Assembly (NCBI GenBank): GCA_951406725.2 | Contig: OX597837.1 | Location: forward strand, 15,810,001 to 15,874,000 | Source of the DNA: Octopus vulgaris | Lineage: Eukaryota | Direction: 5' to 3' | Length of the DNA: 64,000 nt | In this document: positions 1 to 15,177 of the stretch, in pieces | How positions within the stretch are numbered: the first letter of the stretch is position 1 | Layout: each line of letters begins with the position of its first letter | The notes under the pieces: generated by a model | What the model saw: only the letters and a program-made list of their open reading frames with translations | What the model was told of the DNA's origin: nothing | The model's database searches: none | Program-made: the position numbers and the translations under genes

Positions 1-40
1 ATAGATAGATAGAGAATGATAGATAGATAGACAGACAGAC

Positions 41-91
<51 letters not shown>

Positions 92-104
92 CAGGCAGAC
101 AGAC

Positions 105-155
<51 letters not shown>

Positions 156-188
156 GACAGGCAGACAGATAGATAGATAGATAGATGT

Positions 189-219
<31 letters not shown>

Positions 220-220
220 C

Positions 221-293
<73 letters not shown>

Positions 294-378
294 CATAGAT
301 AGATAGATAGATAGATAGAGAATGATAGATAGATAGACAGACAGACAGATAGATAGACTGATGGATAGATAGATATAG
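1..378. repeat. (GATA)n/(GACA)n microsatellite
   Basis: Direct reading. Confidence 0.97.
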
Positions 379-629
379 AATGATGTTGCTATGGAGTTGT
401 GAAAAGGGTTAAACGTCACAACCTCCACACACACACACAAGCTGATCGTCTAAAGTAATACACTTTCAGCATATACATAAGTTTATACTTATATACATGT
501 GTGTGTGTAGGGGAGAGAGGACAGGGAGGGAGAGAGGATATCAGCAGCTGTTTTGTTCAGTGAGCGCGTGTGTATATATATATATATATATAGGTGTGTG
601 TGTGTATGTGTGTGTGTACATATGTATAT

Positions 630-661
<32 letters not shown>

Positions 662-935
662 CATACGTATATACAATATGAATGTATGTACACACACACA
701 CACAAATGGACATGGTAGCTGTCCAGTCATGTTACAAAAAATCTCAACGTAAGACTTCTACACACACACACACACGTAAGTGTAGGCACACTTAGACATG
801 TGTGTGTTTGCGCCGGGTGCAGCAACAAAGTGAATCATCTCCTACCTGTTTCTTAAATAAATACCAACTTCTAAGGCGTCGGCGGGGAGTTCTTTCTTGC
901 AAAGGCCTCCCACACCAAAGCAACGTATCTGTGTG

Positions 936-994
<59 letters not shown>

Positions 995-2535
995 TTTAAA
1001 TAAAATGAGACAACAAAGCCAAGGCTGTGTGGAATTTTCAGCACATTTATAAAGATTAAATATTTATAAAGGGAAAGTTAGTGTGTGTGAGTGTGTATGT
1101 ATATATATATATATATATACATATATATACATATATATATACATGTATATATACACTGTGTGTGTGTTTGTGCAGTTTGTAAGTACGTATCTACACATAC
1201 ACAGAAGCGTGGTTGAGTTTTTAAAAGTTTGGTTCGAGAAGATTCCTGAAGACAATGCCGGACACTGAGACATAAACCCAATCGCAGACTTTCTCCCCCT
1301 CCAAACACACACACACACACACTCACGCACACACACACACGTACGCACACACACACACACACATACACACACACGTACGCACACACACACACACACATGC
1401 GCGCGTGCGAATGTGTGTATCTATTTCTTTTTTTTAGAACAGTAAATTCAAATTATGAAGTTAACAATTATACACTCACAGACACACATTGTATGTCTGA
1501 GTGTATAGAAATATATATGTAATTATGTATGTAATTATGCATGTATGTATAAAAGATGCTAATGTATACATCAACGCACAAAATATTTAAACAAGTGGCG
1601 ACGGAGAATGGAATTATAATAGCAGAATATATTTATATACACAAGAAAGTAGGTTATATAATTAAAATGCCGAGCCGAAGGTAGCGATAAAAAGTTATAC
1701 CAAGCAGTGGGAGACTTTTTTTCTTCTTTTTTTTGATAATTAAATTCAACTTGCTGTCTACGTTCCTATCAGAATGTTAATACTGACATTTTAGAAGAGG
1801 AACCAAGTATAGACTCTATCGAAGTTGACCATTCACTCCAAAAGCTACGAAGAGTTTCTGGCTTTGTTGTATCCAACATGGAACAAACGGGAAATAAAAG
1901 GAAAATATTTGGTCCTGGCCAACAAATGGTCGAGGAAGTTGGCACTTTGGGAGTCTGGTGTCCCTAGCCACGATCTCATTGCGCGCCAGCATCTGGGACA
2001 ATTTTGTTGTCTTCTATGGTTTAGCTCTATGGGGCAGCCCAGAGCCCGTACAGGGAGACTAAGGACTGGGGTTTCGCAGTCATGTGTACCCAGCTATGCT
2101 CCCATTACGCGGTAGCACCCGGGGCAATTATTTGTTCTGTATGTTACAGCCACGGGTCGACCCAAACCGTATTGAAGGACTAAGGGCTGAAACCTTGCCC
2201 ATGTAAACTCGAGTGGAGTGAATGCCTTGACCGTGAGATGAACCAACATTTGAAAGTGGCCCCCACCATTAACTATTGTCATTTCAAAAACTGTAAAGGC
2301 AAGAGTCTGCCTTTCTGCGAGGTACAAGGGTCCGCAGCCCCTTTAAACACTCACACATAACAGAGTATAACAACAACGAAACAGCTGGGGTCCACTTGGG
2401 GAATAAGTTTAAGGGTTCAAGTGTGTGTGTTTAGAAGAATTAAATAATTACAATTCGTTTCCAATCAATAAATACTACGAACAACTGGATCGCATCAACA
2501 AAATCGAATACACACATACACGCATATAGCAGTGA

Positions 2536-2577
<42 letters not shown>

Positions 2578-2615
2578 CCGCGGCGCGTGTGTTTATACAC
2601 ACACACATATAAAGC

Positions 2616-2658
<43 letters not shown>

Positions 2659-2992
2659 GCGAAGTTGTGTGTTTACAAATATTTTTGCTTCCAAAATAAC
2701 GGAGAAAAACGGGAACTTTGCAATATATTTTACACAGAGAATGCATAAATGAATTGAATTGGTTGGGGTCAGTTCTGCATCTTTACTCGGAATTCTTATG
2801 CTTAGAGACGAGGGCAATCCTCAGCCGAGGTGGTCAGCATATATATATATATATATATATACAGTTCGGTCCTAAGAAGCATAGGTTTATAAGTTAACAA
2901 GTTTGAAAACAATAACATCAACAAAACAACCTGAGAGAACAAGAAAAATAGAGAAGACATACATACATATATAGAGAGAGAGATAAACGGAT

Positions 2993-3081
<89 letters not shown>

Positions 3082-3311
3082 TGTGAGACCAGAGAGATGA
3101 TGATAGTGAAGGGGAGAGGGTAATTATTATTGTTGACAAAGATAATAGAAAGTTAAAAGTTTATATTTATGACGTATTTATGTTTATATATATATATATA
3201 CATACATACAAACACGCATACTTATATATGTGTGTGGTGGATTAACTTTATATATATATATACATACATATATACATACACACACACACACACATATATA
3301 TATATACATAA

Positions 3312-3351
<40 letters not shown>

Positions 3352-3487
3352 TAACACACACACATATATATATATATGTCTTTCTCTCTTTCTCTCCATA
3401 CAATGTATAATATACATACATATGCATATAAGATGTCGTATTATGTCTTATTATTATTATTATGTATTATGTATGATTGTGTCTTAC

Positions 3488-3566
3488 CCATGGTTACATT
3501 GATGCTGTTGTCTTGTTGTTGAAGTCGGCGGTCGGTACACACAAACAGAACCTCCTTTGTTAGCAT
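3488..3566 (-). CDS. Candidate first coding exon of an unidentified gene running off the left edge (MLTKEVLFVCTDRRLQQQDNSINVTM)
   Basis: GC/CpG-rich leader, ATG at 3566, strong donor G|gtaaga; no homology recognised. Confidence 0.3.
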
Positions 3567-4665
3567 GCTGCTGCTGCCCCGTTCACTGCGCCGCTCGACT
3601 GCCCCCCTCGACTGCTGCTGCGATGCCGAGTCAGCCTCACTTTCGATCACTCACACTCACTCGTACACACACGCGCTCACTCACACACGCATTCAAGCAC
3701 GCACTCACTCGTATATAAACTCACGCATACTTATATACACACATACACACACAGTGACATACGCACATACGCGTTCACGTACAAACCATGCAAACACACA
3801 CTAACGTACATTTACCTACATACACAGGCGTGCAAACACACACACACACACACACACTGTACAGTCATTTTAAAGATTAGTTACTCCTGGCAGCTCGTCC
3901 CATTTTCTCCGCCTTCTCTCAAATCACTTCATTACTTCTTTTACTTACAACCGCCCTTTCTCTTCTCCGTCCCTATTCCACTTGGTCCTTTCTCTCTTCT
4001 CTTTTTCTCAACTTGCTCTTTTTCTTTCAGTATTTCTCGCTTTCTTTCTACTTTTCTTCCTTTCTTCCTTTCATTCATTCTTTCTTTCTTCTTATTCTCT
4101 CCCCCCCAGTCTATTTCTATCCCCTCTCATTTCTTGACCCTTTCATTCTTTCTATCTTTTTTCTCTTACCCTAACCCCCTTCCTCCCTCTCTCTCATTTA
4201 CTCAACCTTTCTCTTTTTCTAGACTTACCTCTTCTTCTTCCTTTCACATTCTCTCTCTTTCTCTCCGTTTTCCCCCTCTCCACTTTCCTTGTTTTTCTCT
4301 TCCCAGCTTTTCCACTATTTCTCTTTCCCTCGCTACTTCCCCCCTCTCTTTTTGTTTCCTTCCTTTCTCTTTCACTTCTTTTCCCAGTTTTTCTCTCTAG
4401 TCTTTCCATTCTTTCTTTTCGTTGTCTCTCTTACCCTCGCTCTTTCTCTCTCTTCCTCTTTCTTTCTTATCAATTCCTCTCTCTATCTCCCTCCCTCTCT
4501 CTCTCTTCCCTCTTTTGCTTTCTCTCCCCCCCCCCTTTTCTTTCTTTCCCGCTCTTTTCCCTCTATCAATTTTCCTTCATAATTTCTTGATAATTCTTTA
4601 TATTTCTCTTCCATTTCATTCTTTTAACTCCTTTTCTCTTCGACAACGCTATCCTACCTCATCCC

Positions 4666-4701
<36 letters not shown>

Positions 4702-4754
4702 ATCTCGTTTTTCTGTTAACCTATTCAATATTATATATATATATATATATATAT

Positions 4755-4910
4755 AGGCACAGGCGTGGCTATGTGGTAAGTAGCTTGCTTCCCAACTGTA
4801 TGCCTCCGGGTTCAGTCCCATTGCATGGCACCTTGGGCAAGTATCTTCTACTATAGCCTCGGGCTCACCAAAGCATTTAGTAGACAGAAAGTGAAAGAAC
4901 TCTGCCGTAT
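4755..4910 (+). mobile_element. tRNA-derived SINE, second family (ccttgggcaagt central domain)
   Basis: ggcgtggctatgtggtaag...gggttcagtccca...ccttgggcaagt; related copies near 6330, 15680, 49240, 53930, 54415 and 57750, and on minus near 18110, 35250, 37600, 53285 and 58530. Confidence 0.8.
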
Positions 4911-6501
4911 ATATATATATATATATATATATAGAACAGGATGGAGTAACTGGAGCAGGAACACACAGAATCGAAAAACGTCGCTGAAGAGGTCACAGAT
5001 GTGTAACGAAAGATGTCCAGACAATGGACAGGCGTTAAAGTAATAAAATAACGGTAATAAAGGAGTGAAGAAAAGGAAAATAGTGCGTGTGTTTGACAAA
5101 AAGAAAATAAATAAATAATAAATAAAATGACCATCCCGAAATACAACAAAATAGATTTTATTGTTAGATAATAAAACGAATGGTTTACACCTGGTGACTT
5201 ATGAATGTACCAACCCACACTCACATACGTCCGTTGTATTTATTCCCCAATCAATCACGTAACAACTGGTGTTGGTTTGTTTACGTCCCTCGAATATGTG
5301 CCAGGCTTAAAAAGTAAGTACTGTTCGACTTGAGCCCTTCTGATTGGTGCCCCAGCATGGCCGCCGTCCAATAACTCAAACCAGTGAAAGATAAAAGACG
5401 AGTATAGCTTCTTCTCTTTCGATTTCCTTTTGTATATTTTCCGTTAAGTTTCCTCAGCTGCGACACTGGCGCCTCTGAACAAGTGTGAGAGAGAGAGGGA
5501 GAGAGAGAGACAAAGCAATGAGGACGGGGAGAGGGAGAGAAAGAGAAGACGAGTGGGAAAACAAAAGAAACAGTCAGTTGGAGTGGGGAAGGAGAGAGAA
5601 AAGGAGGGCAAAAATAGAGTGAGGAGGTCAGAAAGAGAGGGAGAGAGAGAAGGGGGAAAGTGAAGAGAGCGAAAGATAGAGAAAGTGGTAGGAAGGAAAG
5701 TAAAGACAAGAGAGAGAGGGTAAAAAGGAAGAGAGAGACGGTGGAAAATGAGGGGGAAAAGAAGGAAAGAGAGAAAGTAAAGACAAAGGAGGGAGAAAGA
5801 AATAATAAAGATGAGAGAGGAAAAAAAATAAAAAGAGAAGGAAAGAGAGAAAGTGAAAGCAAAAGAGAGAGAGAGAGAGAGAGAATGCGCGCGCGAATGT
5901 ATGACTGTTGCCTTTATTCGTCCTTCTTTCTTTCATTCCTTTTTATTTTTCCCTCTTTAATATCAAATGATTTCCCAGTCTTTCTATTTCCTCACTTAAT
6001 TCTCCCATCTTTCTGCTTCCTTTATTCAATTTCTATTTTTCTCTTTCATTTTAATCTCGCCATTTTACAAAAAATTTCAATTTTTTTGTTATTTTTATTT
6101 GTCCTATTTTTACGTCGCTTAAAAAACAGAAATCGATCGTTTCACGAAAAAACTGGGATTTTAGTTCTATTTGGTTCTGGCTCTGGGCAGAGCGTCAAAT
6201 GTCCTGCTTTCGATCTCGTCTCATTGGCGAAATATTTTCTTTTACGAACTTTTATTCCCAAAAAGATTTCGAAAGTTTTACACTGGAAGGCAACGGTAGA
6301 CTTCTCTCTCTCTCTCTCTCTCCACACACACAGGTGTGATCAAGAAATTTGTTTTGCAGTAACACAATTTCGGGTTCAGTGCCATTGCGTGGCACCTTCG
6401 ATAAGAGTCTTCTGCTATAATCCAGGGTTTGTTAGGGAATTTGGTGAGGAAGCCCGTCGTATATATGTAGGGGACTGTGTGTGTGTGTGTGTATGTGTGT
6501 G

Positions 6502-6503
6502 CA

Positions 6504-6535
<32 letters not shown>

Positions 6536-6763
6536 CACACACATTCATACATACATACACACATACATACACACATACATACATGCATACACACATACAT
6601 ACATACATACATACACACATACGTACATACACACATACATATATACACACATACATACACACATACATACATACACACATACATACATACACACACATAC
6701 ATACATACACACATACATACACACATACATACACACATACATACATACATACATACATACACG

Positions 6764-6794
<31 letters not shown>

Positions 6795-7075
6795 ACATAC
6801 ACACATACATACATACACACATACACATACATACATACATACACACATACATACACACATACATACACACATACATACATACATACATACATACACGCAT
6901 ACATACATACACACACACACACACACATACATACATACATACATACATACACACATACATACATACACACACACATACATACATACATACATACATACAT
7001 ACATACACACATACATACACACATACATACATACACACATACATATACACACTCATACATACATACATGCATACA
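6502..7075. repeat. (TACA)n/(CA)n compound microsatellite
   Basis: Direct reading; source of many spurious ORFs. Confidence 0.97.
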
Positions 7076-7680
7076 TATAAATATACGTACACGTGCGTGT
7101 GTGTGTGTGTGTTTGTGTGTGTTTGTGTGTATGTCCGTGTGTGAATATAATTGCGTGCCTTTGTGTTCACGTTTTTTTCCCATCACCACTTGATAACCAG
7201 TGTTAGTTTGTTTACGTCCATGTAGCATTAGCAGCTCGACAAAGAGAGTCCGCTAGAATAAGTATCAGGCATAAAAAAAAATAAATAAATCCCGGAACCG
7301 ATTTATTGGAGCAAGCCGTTGAAGGCGGTGCTCCAGGATGGCCGCAGTCCAATGAGTAAAACACGAAAAAAGAATAAGAGAAGGCCAACTTTAACAAACA
7401 CAACATTGCCTTACTCCGTCGCCACCCGAGATACCCGGCAAATAACCGTCGTCGACAGACTTGTTATTACAATAGAGAGAGACTTCCGTTGGGATGAAGT
7501 AGGCGTGGCCTCCGACAGCAGCTCTTACCTGCAATCAATGAGTCCGTGGCAAGCAGAATAATCAATCTCTCTTTCTACCCCCACCTCTCTCTCTCTTTCA
7601 CTCTCCTTCTCTCTTTCTCTCTCCATCTCTCGCTCTATCTTTCTCTCATTTTCACTTTCTCTCTCTCTCTCTCTCTCATT

Positions 7681-7770
<90 letters not shown>

Positions 7771-7809
7771 ATGTATGTATACATATGTATGTTTGTATAT
7801 ACTTGTATC

Positions 7810-7856
<47 letters not shown>

Positions 7857-8521
7857 ATGTATACATATGTATGTTTGTATATACTTGTATCTATCTATCT
7901 CTCTCTCTCTATCTCTCTCTCTCTATCTCTCTCTTTCTGTCTGTCTGTCTGTGTCTGCTTATTCAAGAATGACCAACGGTTAAACAGCAACAACAACAAC
8001 AACAACAACGACACATGAAATGTTCCTCACCATTTACCATCGAGACCCAATTTTAACGAATCAATCATTCAGTGACCCATCATTTGAAAAAAAATATATT
8101 TTAAAAATATTAAAAGATATTTAAATAAGAAAAAAAAATTTGATAAAAACAATATAATATAAAATCCAAGTGGCCGAAAAGGGTCTCCTTCTAAAGATCT
8201 CTTGGGTTACTCGAAAGGGTTTGCAGCTTTGAGATCAGGGAGTCTCACCAGGTGGAGCTGCTTCTTCTCCGCACTGAGGGGCCATAGCTTCTAGTTCTAT
8301 GGAAAATGCAAATAGAATGTTGCAAGAAAGACGAGCAAGAGAGAATCCTTAAGCCGGGCCAACTGGCAGGAGACCCCAGAGGCGGGGGGATCAAAATCGC
8401 GAGGGTTCGATAAGATCCTTAATCGCTGTTGGTCACGTTTAGGAATCCAGTTGGAGAATGTAACGACGGTTGCTTCTGATGGGACTGTATGGAGGAGATG
8501 GCTGGGGATTCTACCCACACT

Positions 8522-8691
8522 CACTAGTGTAGCTAGGGAGTGGCACGGTAGGGGGTGGTCCGCCCCGGGAGGCACTTTTAAGGGGGTGGAATTTTGGGGG
8601 TCTGTTGTAGGCAATATGTGTTTTTTGTGGGGTCCGGGGGCAGCAAACAGATGGGCTGCCCCGGGCGGCATACACTCTAGCTACGCTACTG
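8522..8691. mobile_element. hAT-like MITE inserted in a probable LINE remnant
   Basis: TIRs cactagtgtagctag / ctagctacgctactg; imperfect 8-bp TSD cccacact/cccccacg. Confidence 0.6.
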
Positions 8692-10020
8692 CCCCCACGA
8701 CCTTCCCAGAGTAGATGGATGGATGGGTGTGTTGCACGTAAGCTTCCTCTCTCTTTTTATCAAATCGACGCTGCCTGAACAGGTTCATGGCGTACCCGAC
8801 ATCAGATGTCGAAATGATGGCAGATCAACGTGATTCGAAGTGTTTTGCGCAGGAACACAACGTACTGCCTGGTCTGGGAATCGAACCCATCATCTCGCCA
8901 TCACGAATGCAACACCATTACTACTAGGCCACGCTCCCTTCATAGTCTAGTATAAAACAATCCTTTTTTTTTTTTTTTGCTATAAGTACAGGGCCTGAAG
9001 GGTTTCAAATTTTGACACAAGGCCATCAATTTTGGGGGAGGGATGAGTCGATCACATCGACCCCAGTGCTCAACTGGTACTTACATTATCGATCTCGAAA
9101 GGATGAACTGCAAAGTGGACCTCGATGGCATTTGAACTCAGAACGAACACAACCGCTAGAAATGCAGCTCAGCAGTAACGATTCTGCCAACCCGCCTCAC
9201 TTCATGTAGGATAAACTAATTCTTTCTTTATTGGCCTCAAGGGCTCAATATAATATAGAATAATAATTAACATTTGGCTAATTAATCATCAGTCTTTTTG
9301 TTGTTGTTGTTGTTTTTGTTTGCAATCAACGTTGTATTGTTGTCCAAATCTTTTATATTATTTTAGAGTATTTTATTTTATAGTTTTTAACTGTTCCGTT
9401 CCGTAAAATACTTCGGTTATGTCGGGTGGTCGCCGCCTTTCTCTTGTGTCTCTGTCTTTTATCTTTCCCGTTTTCGGGGCACTGGACTGTAGCCATGCTG
9501 GAGCACTGCCTTGAAGGGTTTTAATCGTAGAAATCGACCCCAGGACTTATCCATGGGTCTGTTTTGTCATCGAGTTCTTATTGAATTAATTCTTCCGACG
9601 TTTACCAAGCATAACAAAATCGCCAACAGCCAGCTTGGCAGAGTCGGTAGAGCATCTGAAAAGTAACAAATGCCTTGCAGTATTTCTTCCAGCACTCTCT
9701 GAGTTCAATTCCCATTCGGGTCACCTTGCCCGTTCATCCTTTCGAGATCAATAAAATCAAATACCAGTTGGAGACAATGGATTGACATAATTCTAAGAGT
9801 CCTTTCCTTCTGGGTCCGAATGCTAACCTTAATCCGTCACCCGGTTCCTAACTGGCCCTAAACCGGCTCTCAGTTCTCTTAAGAAAACCCACTGGTTATT
9901 TTCTCAGGGTTGTGAACAGCAAACCTCATTGTCGGCAATCGAAAGATCTACGCTCGAAATAATGTCGAGAAACGACTGGACTTAAATCCCGATAATCGGT
10001 GTGCACAACTGAGGCAGTGC

Positions 10021-10235
10021 AGGCGCGTGGCTCAGTGGTTCGGGTGTTGGACTCATGATCATAAGGTTGTGGTTTCGATTCCTTGACTGGGTGATGCGTT
10101 GTGTTCTTGAGCAAAAACACTTCACGTTGCTTCGGTGCCCTCCACTGACAAAAATGAGTAATCCTGCGACGGACCGGCGTCCCGTCCAGGTGGGGGAATA
10201 TGTACACCATGGAAACTGGAAAACCGGCCCCTTCG
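10021..10235 (+). mobile_element. tRNA-derived SINE, third family (V-domain-like)
   Basis: ggcgcgtggctcagtggtt...ggtttcgattcc...cctgcgacggaccggcgtcccgtccag; related copies near 21281, and on minus near 8830, 17860 and 44915. Confidence 0.75.
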
Positions 10236-13200
10236 AGAAGGATATTTATCCCTTATTCGTTTGTAGCAGTATTAAATTAAAATAGGCATCTATGTACCAT
10301 ACTTAATTTATACACAGTGTCAATAGGCCAGCTACTGTATTATCTGTCGCGAGACAACATCTTTTATGGACTTGTTTTATTAAAAAAACTCAATAAATAT
10401 CAGAAAGAGACGAACATTCTCCAAAGTTGCACCCAGGTACTCACAACTGAAATGGCACAAAATGGCAGAAATGCCTCTAGGGGTCTATTTTTAGTCACCA
10501 GACAGAAGTAAACAAACTAATTTAAATTATATTCCCGTCAATAGTTAAACAAAGTACTCAGTTGCTGATGATATACCAAAGCAGGACTGAAACTAGTCCG
10601 GTTAGTTTTTTTCTGTCAACGAAAATTCTTTTACGTAAGAACAAAGTGTTTATGTATGTCTACACGTCAAGTGTGGCCGATGAATCCCTGGATATATTCT
10701 CTAGGAAACAAGTTAAAGCTATTGTAACACCGTTACGACATTGAACAGTTTTTTTTTAAAGCCGCTTTCTGGCTCTGACTGGTCTTTGTTTGTCCTCCTC
10801 CGCCTCCTCCTCCTCCTGCCTTTACTTACCCTTCACCTCCCACCCGTCCCCATTTCAAGCATCACCTGGCATTGACTCTTGCCTTTCCTTCAGCAATTCT
10901 TACCTCCTCCTCCTCGTCAACCTTCTCTCACATTACTTCTCTCTCTCCCTTTGCCTTCTCTTCCCTTTACTCCTTTATGTATCCCACATATCGACAACCA
11001 CATTTCCACATCTGTCCGTCTCTCTCTCTCTCTCTCTTTCTCCCACTCACTCATTCTGCCTCTTCCCCTCTCTCTTCCTCCTCTCTCTCCCCCCCTCTCT
11101 CCGATGAAAAGCCACGCCGCCGCATCTTACACTTCCAACTTAATCCTGAAACAAGTTAATGACAGAAGCCTCTACGCAGACGTTAGAAATAGCAGCCAAG
11201 TTTCTCCCCAAAACACGCGTTATACGTAATCATAGAAGACAAATTTTTTTAAGGGGGACACAGATGATGCGGTCCTAAAGCAAGGCTGACCTGGGGCCAA
11301 TAGCAACAACAGCAACGATGACGATGAAGAAAGCAGTAACAACAACAACAACAACTCTTTTATGCAACGAAACGGCTGGGGGGGGGGGGTACCGCTATGC
11401 AGTTTTTTGAGCTGCTAAGAATAGGAGCGAATCTCCCCTCAAATCACACTTTCATAGAATCTAGTAGATACATCTGTTGGATCAGGTTTGAAAACTCTTG
11501 CGTGCATCGAACCAGTGGAGGAAGAGAGTGGCGGCTCCTAGGGGGGAAGGGGTGCTTCAGAAAATTTCTAGCAGTTGTTTTAATATTGTGTAAAAGGAAA
11601 CAAACATAAAAAAAAGAAAATTTATGTATAAATTTCATCGGTTCACGTTTTAGCCACTGCCGGGTTGTGTGTTGTGCACTGAACACCGCTGCAAATTCCC
11701 TCCTTGTTTTTCAAAAATCTCACCTAAATCACAAAATAAATGGGGAAAATCTGCCCTATTTTTCAAATCCTGGCAGCAACACTAAAGCTGGAAGCAGGAT
11801 AATAATCTAATTCTACATTTTATCACATTCAAGAATATAAACATGTTTTTAAGCACAACACACGCGGAGTCAAAAAGAAACACTATCTTTCACCAGCACA
11901 CAAGGGTCGGCACTGCGTGAACGACAATGCTTTCTCTCCCTAGCGTGCAGCTTCCAATCTCGGACATGTGAGCATGCGCACACCAGCCAAATACCGCGTC
12001 ACTGGAACTGTGAAGTGCACAGTTCTATACAAAGATTTTTGTATTTTTTTTTTTCGTAAACTAGGGGATGGCTATTGACATTAAGTTTAAGGATTATATA
12101 ATGTACAAATATGAATAAAGAATTAAAGAAAAAAAGGACTCATTATATTGAATGTTATTGGTAATATCGAGTGGAAATAGGGGGCGGGGCTGCAGTTCCG
12201 CAGGGTCCCTACACGATCCGCCACTGGAGGAAGAGCAGAGCTTTACTTATTCGTTCGAATCCTCTAGAAATGGCAGCCAAGTTTTCTTTGAATCCCGCAA
12301 CGCTCGCATAAAAAGGAGAGAATATATTAAAGAATCTAATCACAGATATTTGAAAAGGAAAAAAGGGGGGAAAAAAAAAGACTAGATGATTACGGCTGGA
12401 GCGCCGTTGGTTATGGCGTCTGCTCACCGACGGCGGATCGGGTGTTAATTAATAAACGACGACAGAACACACCCGCGCGCGCACACAGATACATGTAATC
12501 CAGTATATTTTGTATAAAGACGAGGCGGTCACGGTTGGAGTGCCTTTCACCATAAGTCTGTTGAGCAAAGCACAAACAACAACGACAATAACAGCTACAA
12601 CAGAAAACGCGCGCGCAGATTGGGGATATCGACACAGATGTCCACCCCCCAGCCCGTCGACTTTGTTTCCTCATAACTTCCAGAAAAATTGTTGGTCGTA
12701 AGTGAAATTTCTTACAAATACCTTTGAGATGGTGTAGATTGCGATTATGTCGGACTTCGATGCGAAAAACCAGAGAAAATATTGGTCGGTGCGCAGACGT
12801 TCTTACTGACACACGCCACACGTCTGTTACAAAATGAAATTTGGAAAATATTTGCGAATCCTCCGAATTTTCTTTTTCTTTTTTTTTTTTGTCACAAAAA
12901 AATTCCAATATAATCGAAACTTTATCTGAAAGGTGTTTGTAAAAAAAACTTCATAAAATATATTCGTTTCTCTAAAAATTATGAGGGAACAAAGTCGCGT
13001 GTGGATGAGGAGGGGGGGGCAACATATTTGCGTAGGCACGGCGTCTTTTTATGCACACTGTATCAAAAACAAAGTCTGGGTGATCACGGTTGGAATGTCG
13101 TTGATCGCAAGTCTGCGCTTTTACGGCCGACCTAGAGATACACACCACCACCAACAACAACACCTTAATTCTTAACAGTATCAAAACCGAATGCACCGAT

Positions 13201-14462
13201 AATGATTCGAGAGAAAAGCTTAATGAATCGCCAAAACTCCTCAAACGACAGAAAAAAGACGGCGCCATAAATTCATACCATGCTTTTCTCGCTTAGTTAT
13301 GCCTAACAACGTTCTCTACTTTTGGCCACACCTTCCTCCTCTCTGTCTCTTCTCCTTCCATCGATTTTCGATGTCGATCCTCCTCAATGGCATTTTAGTC
13401 CCTCCCACCACGGGGCTTGGTCATCGTTTTGTAACTATTTGGATTATGCTTATCTCTTCCCTTTCTCTTTCTTTCCCATTCATTCGTCTTTCTTTCCTTC
13501 TTTCTCCTTCACTCCTTCCTACCTTCACTCCGTCCTCTTACTTTCACTTCAGTCTCGCTTCTCGCGTGTTTCTCCCTCTCTTCATCGCTTTCCTCCTCTC
13601 TCATCTCTTTAGGTGTTGCCGCTTCGCCGCCGCCGCCGCCTCCACCGCTGACGTCTCGGTTCTTTTTTTACAACACAAAGAAAGCTGTGTGCTACGCTTT
13701 AATGACATTTGCTATCAACAGATACAACACCACACACACACACACACATACATACATACATACATAATGAATACATACATACGTACATACATACGTACAC
13801 ACACACATACACACACACACATATACACACACATACATACATACATACATACACACACACATACATACGTACATACATACACACACACACACACACATAC
13901 ATACATACATACATACATACATACGTGTGTGTGTGTGTGTGTGTGTATATGTAATGTTTTCATTCGTTCATAGACGAAAGAATAAAACAAGCACTGAATG
14001 TATGCGCACGCGCGTATAACTTAACCCTTTTGATACCAAACCGTCTGAGACCGTTTCTGGTTCTGCAATATAAACATTCTGTTTTTAAATGGAAATTTCG
14101 CGTTAATTTGTTCCAAACATCAGCTTCATAACGACCAAGTTGTTGTTACACCTAAATGGACCATTCTGTTCAAAACTAATGGAAACGAAGGCCGGGCATT
14201 TCAACAGAAACCAGCGGGTCCTTTATTTGCCCCAGCCGTGTCTAACTTAATGTAGGATTGGTCAGGATTTAGAAACGCATCGACCATTCGAGTCGTTGTT
14301 TACCGAGGAGTATCTGAGTGTCGGTGGCTGGTTTATCTGATGTTCGTAAGAAAAACGGGAGTAGGTACCGTTTGAATGGTTACGGAGGATTTTCTCTTCT
14401 TTCGTTCATTTCGGGATTATGAATAGATGCATACGCATGCGCACAGACAGACAGACAGATAT

Positions 14463-14627
14463 CAAGGGCGTAGCCAGGTTCTAAATTTAGGGGCAGCGAT
14501 CCCATAAAGTAAAGGCACCGTGGCACACGCCAAACAGTTTTGAACTTATTGATTATACATTTTATAAAAGGCGCCAATTTTGAAAAGTGTGATCGGAGAA
14601 GCGGTCGCTGCCTTTGCTACGCTGCTG
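14463..14627. mobile_element. hAT-like MITE
   Basis: Ends caagggcgtagccagg / ctttgctacgctgctg, same terminal style as 8522-8691. Confidence 0.45.
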
Positions 14628-14689
<62 letters not shown>

Positions 14690-15023
14690 TATATATATAT
14701 AATAGAATTATGTTTCAAAAAGAAAATAGAAACTAAAACGTGGAAAAGGTACGGGAAAATTAAGAAGAAGAAAAAAGCGAAAATGCACATTGGATATCAA
14801 AAAAGGGCTTTTTTTAATGAAAAGTAACGATAAATATATATAATTAGATGAATTGAGGTAGAATTAAGAGGAATAAAAGTCATTATTTTGAATTGTTAAA
14901 GAGATTCAAAGTCATACCGGTTTCGTCAATTACTGTTCACTGGCTTTGAATGCGCACCCTGAGTAAAAAAAGATTATTGTAAGGGAGGTAATTGCTAACT
15001 TCCTTATCTCCGTTTTCTTTTCT

Positions 15024-15177
<154 letters not shown>

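Noticed and set aside
4985-5020. CTGAAGA...GAAA motif
   Set aside because: Stems I and III do not form
5660-7228. 494-aa and overlapping 200-250-aa ORFs
   Set aside because: Translations of GA, TACA and CA microsatellites plus SINE sequence; no domain or splice support
10021-10090. tRNA-like sequence
   Set aside because: SINE head with A/B boxes, no complete cloverleaf, continues into a repeat body
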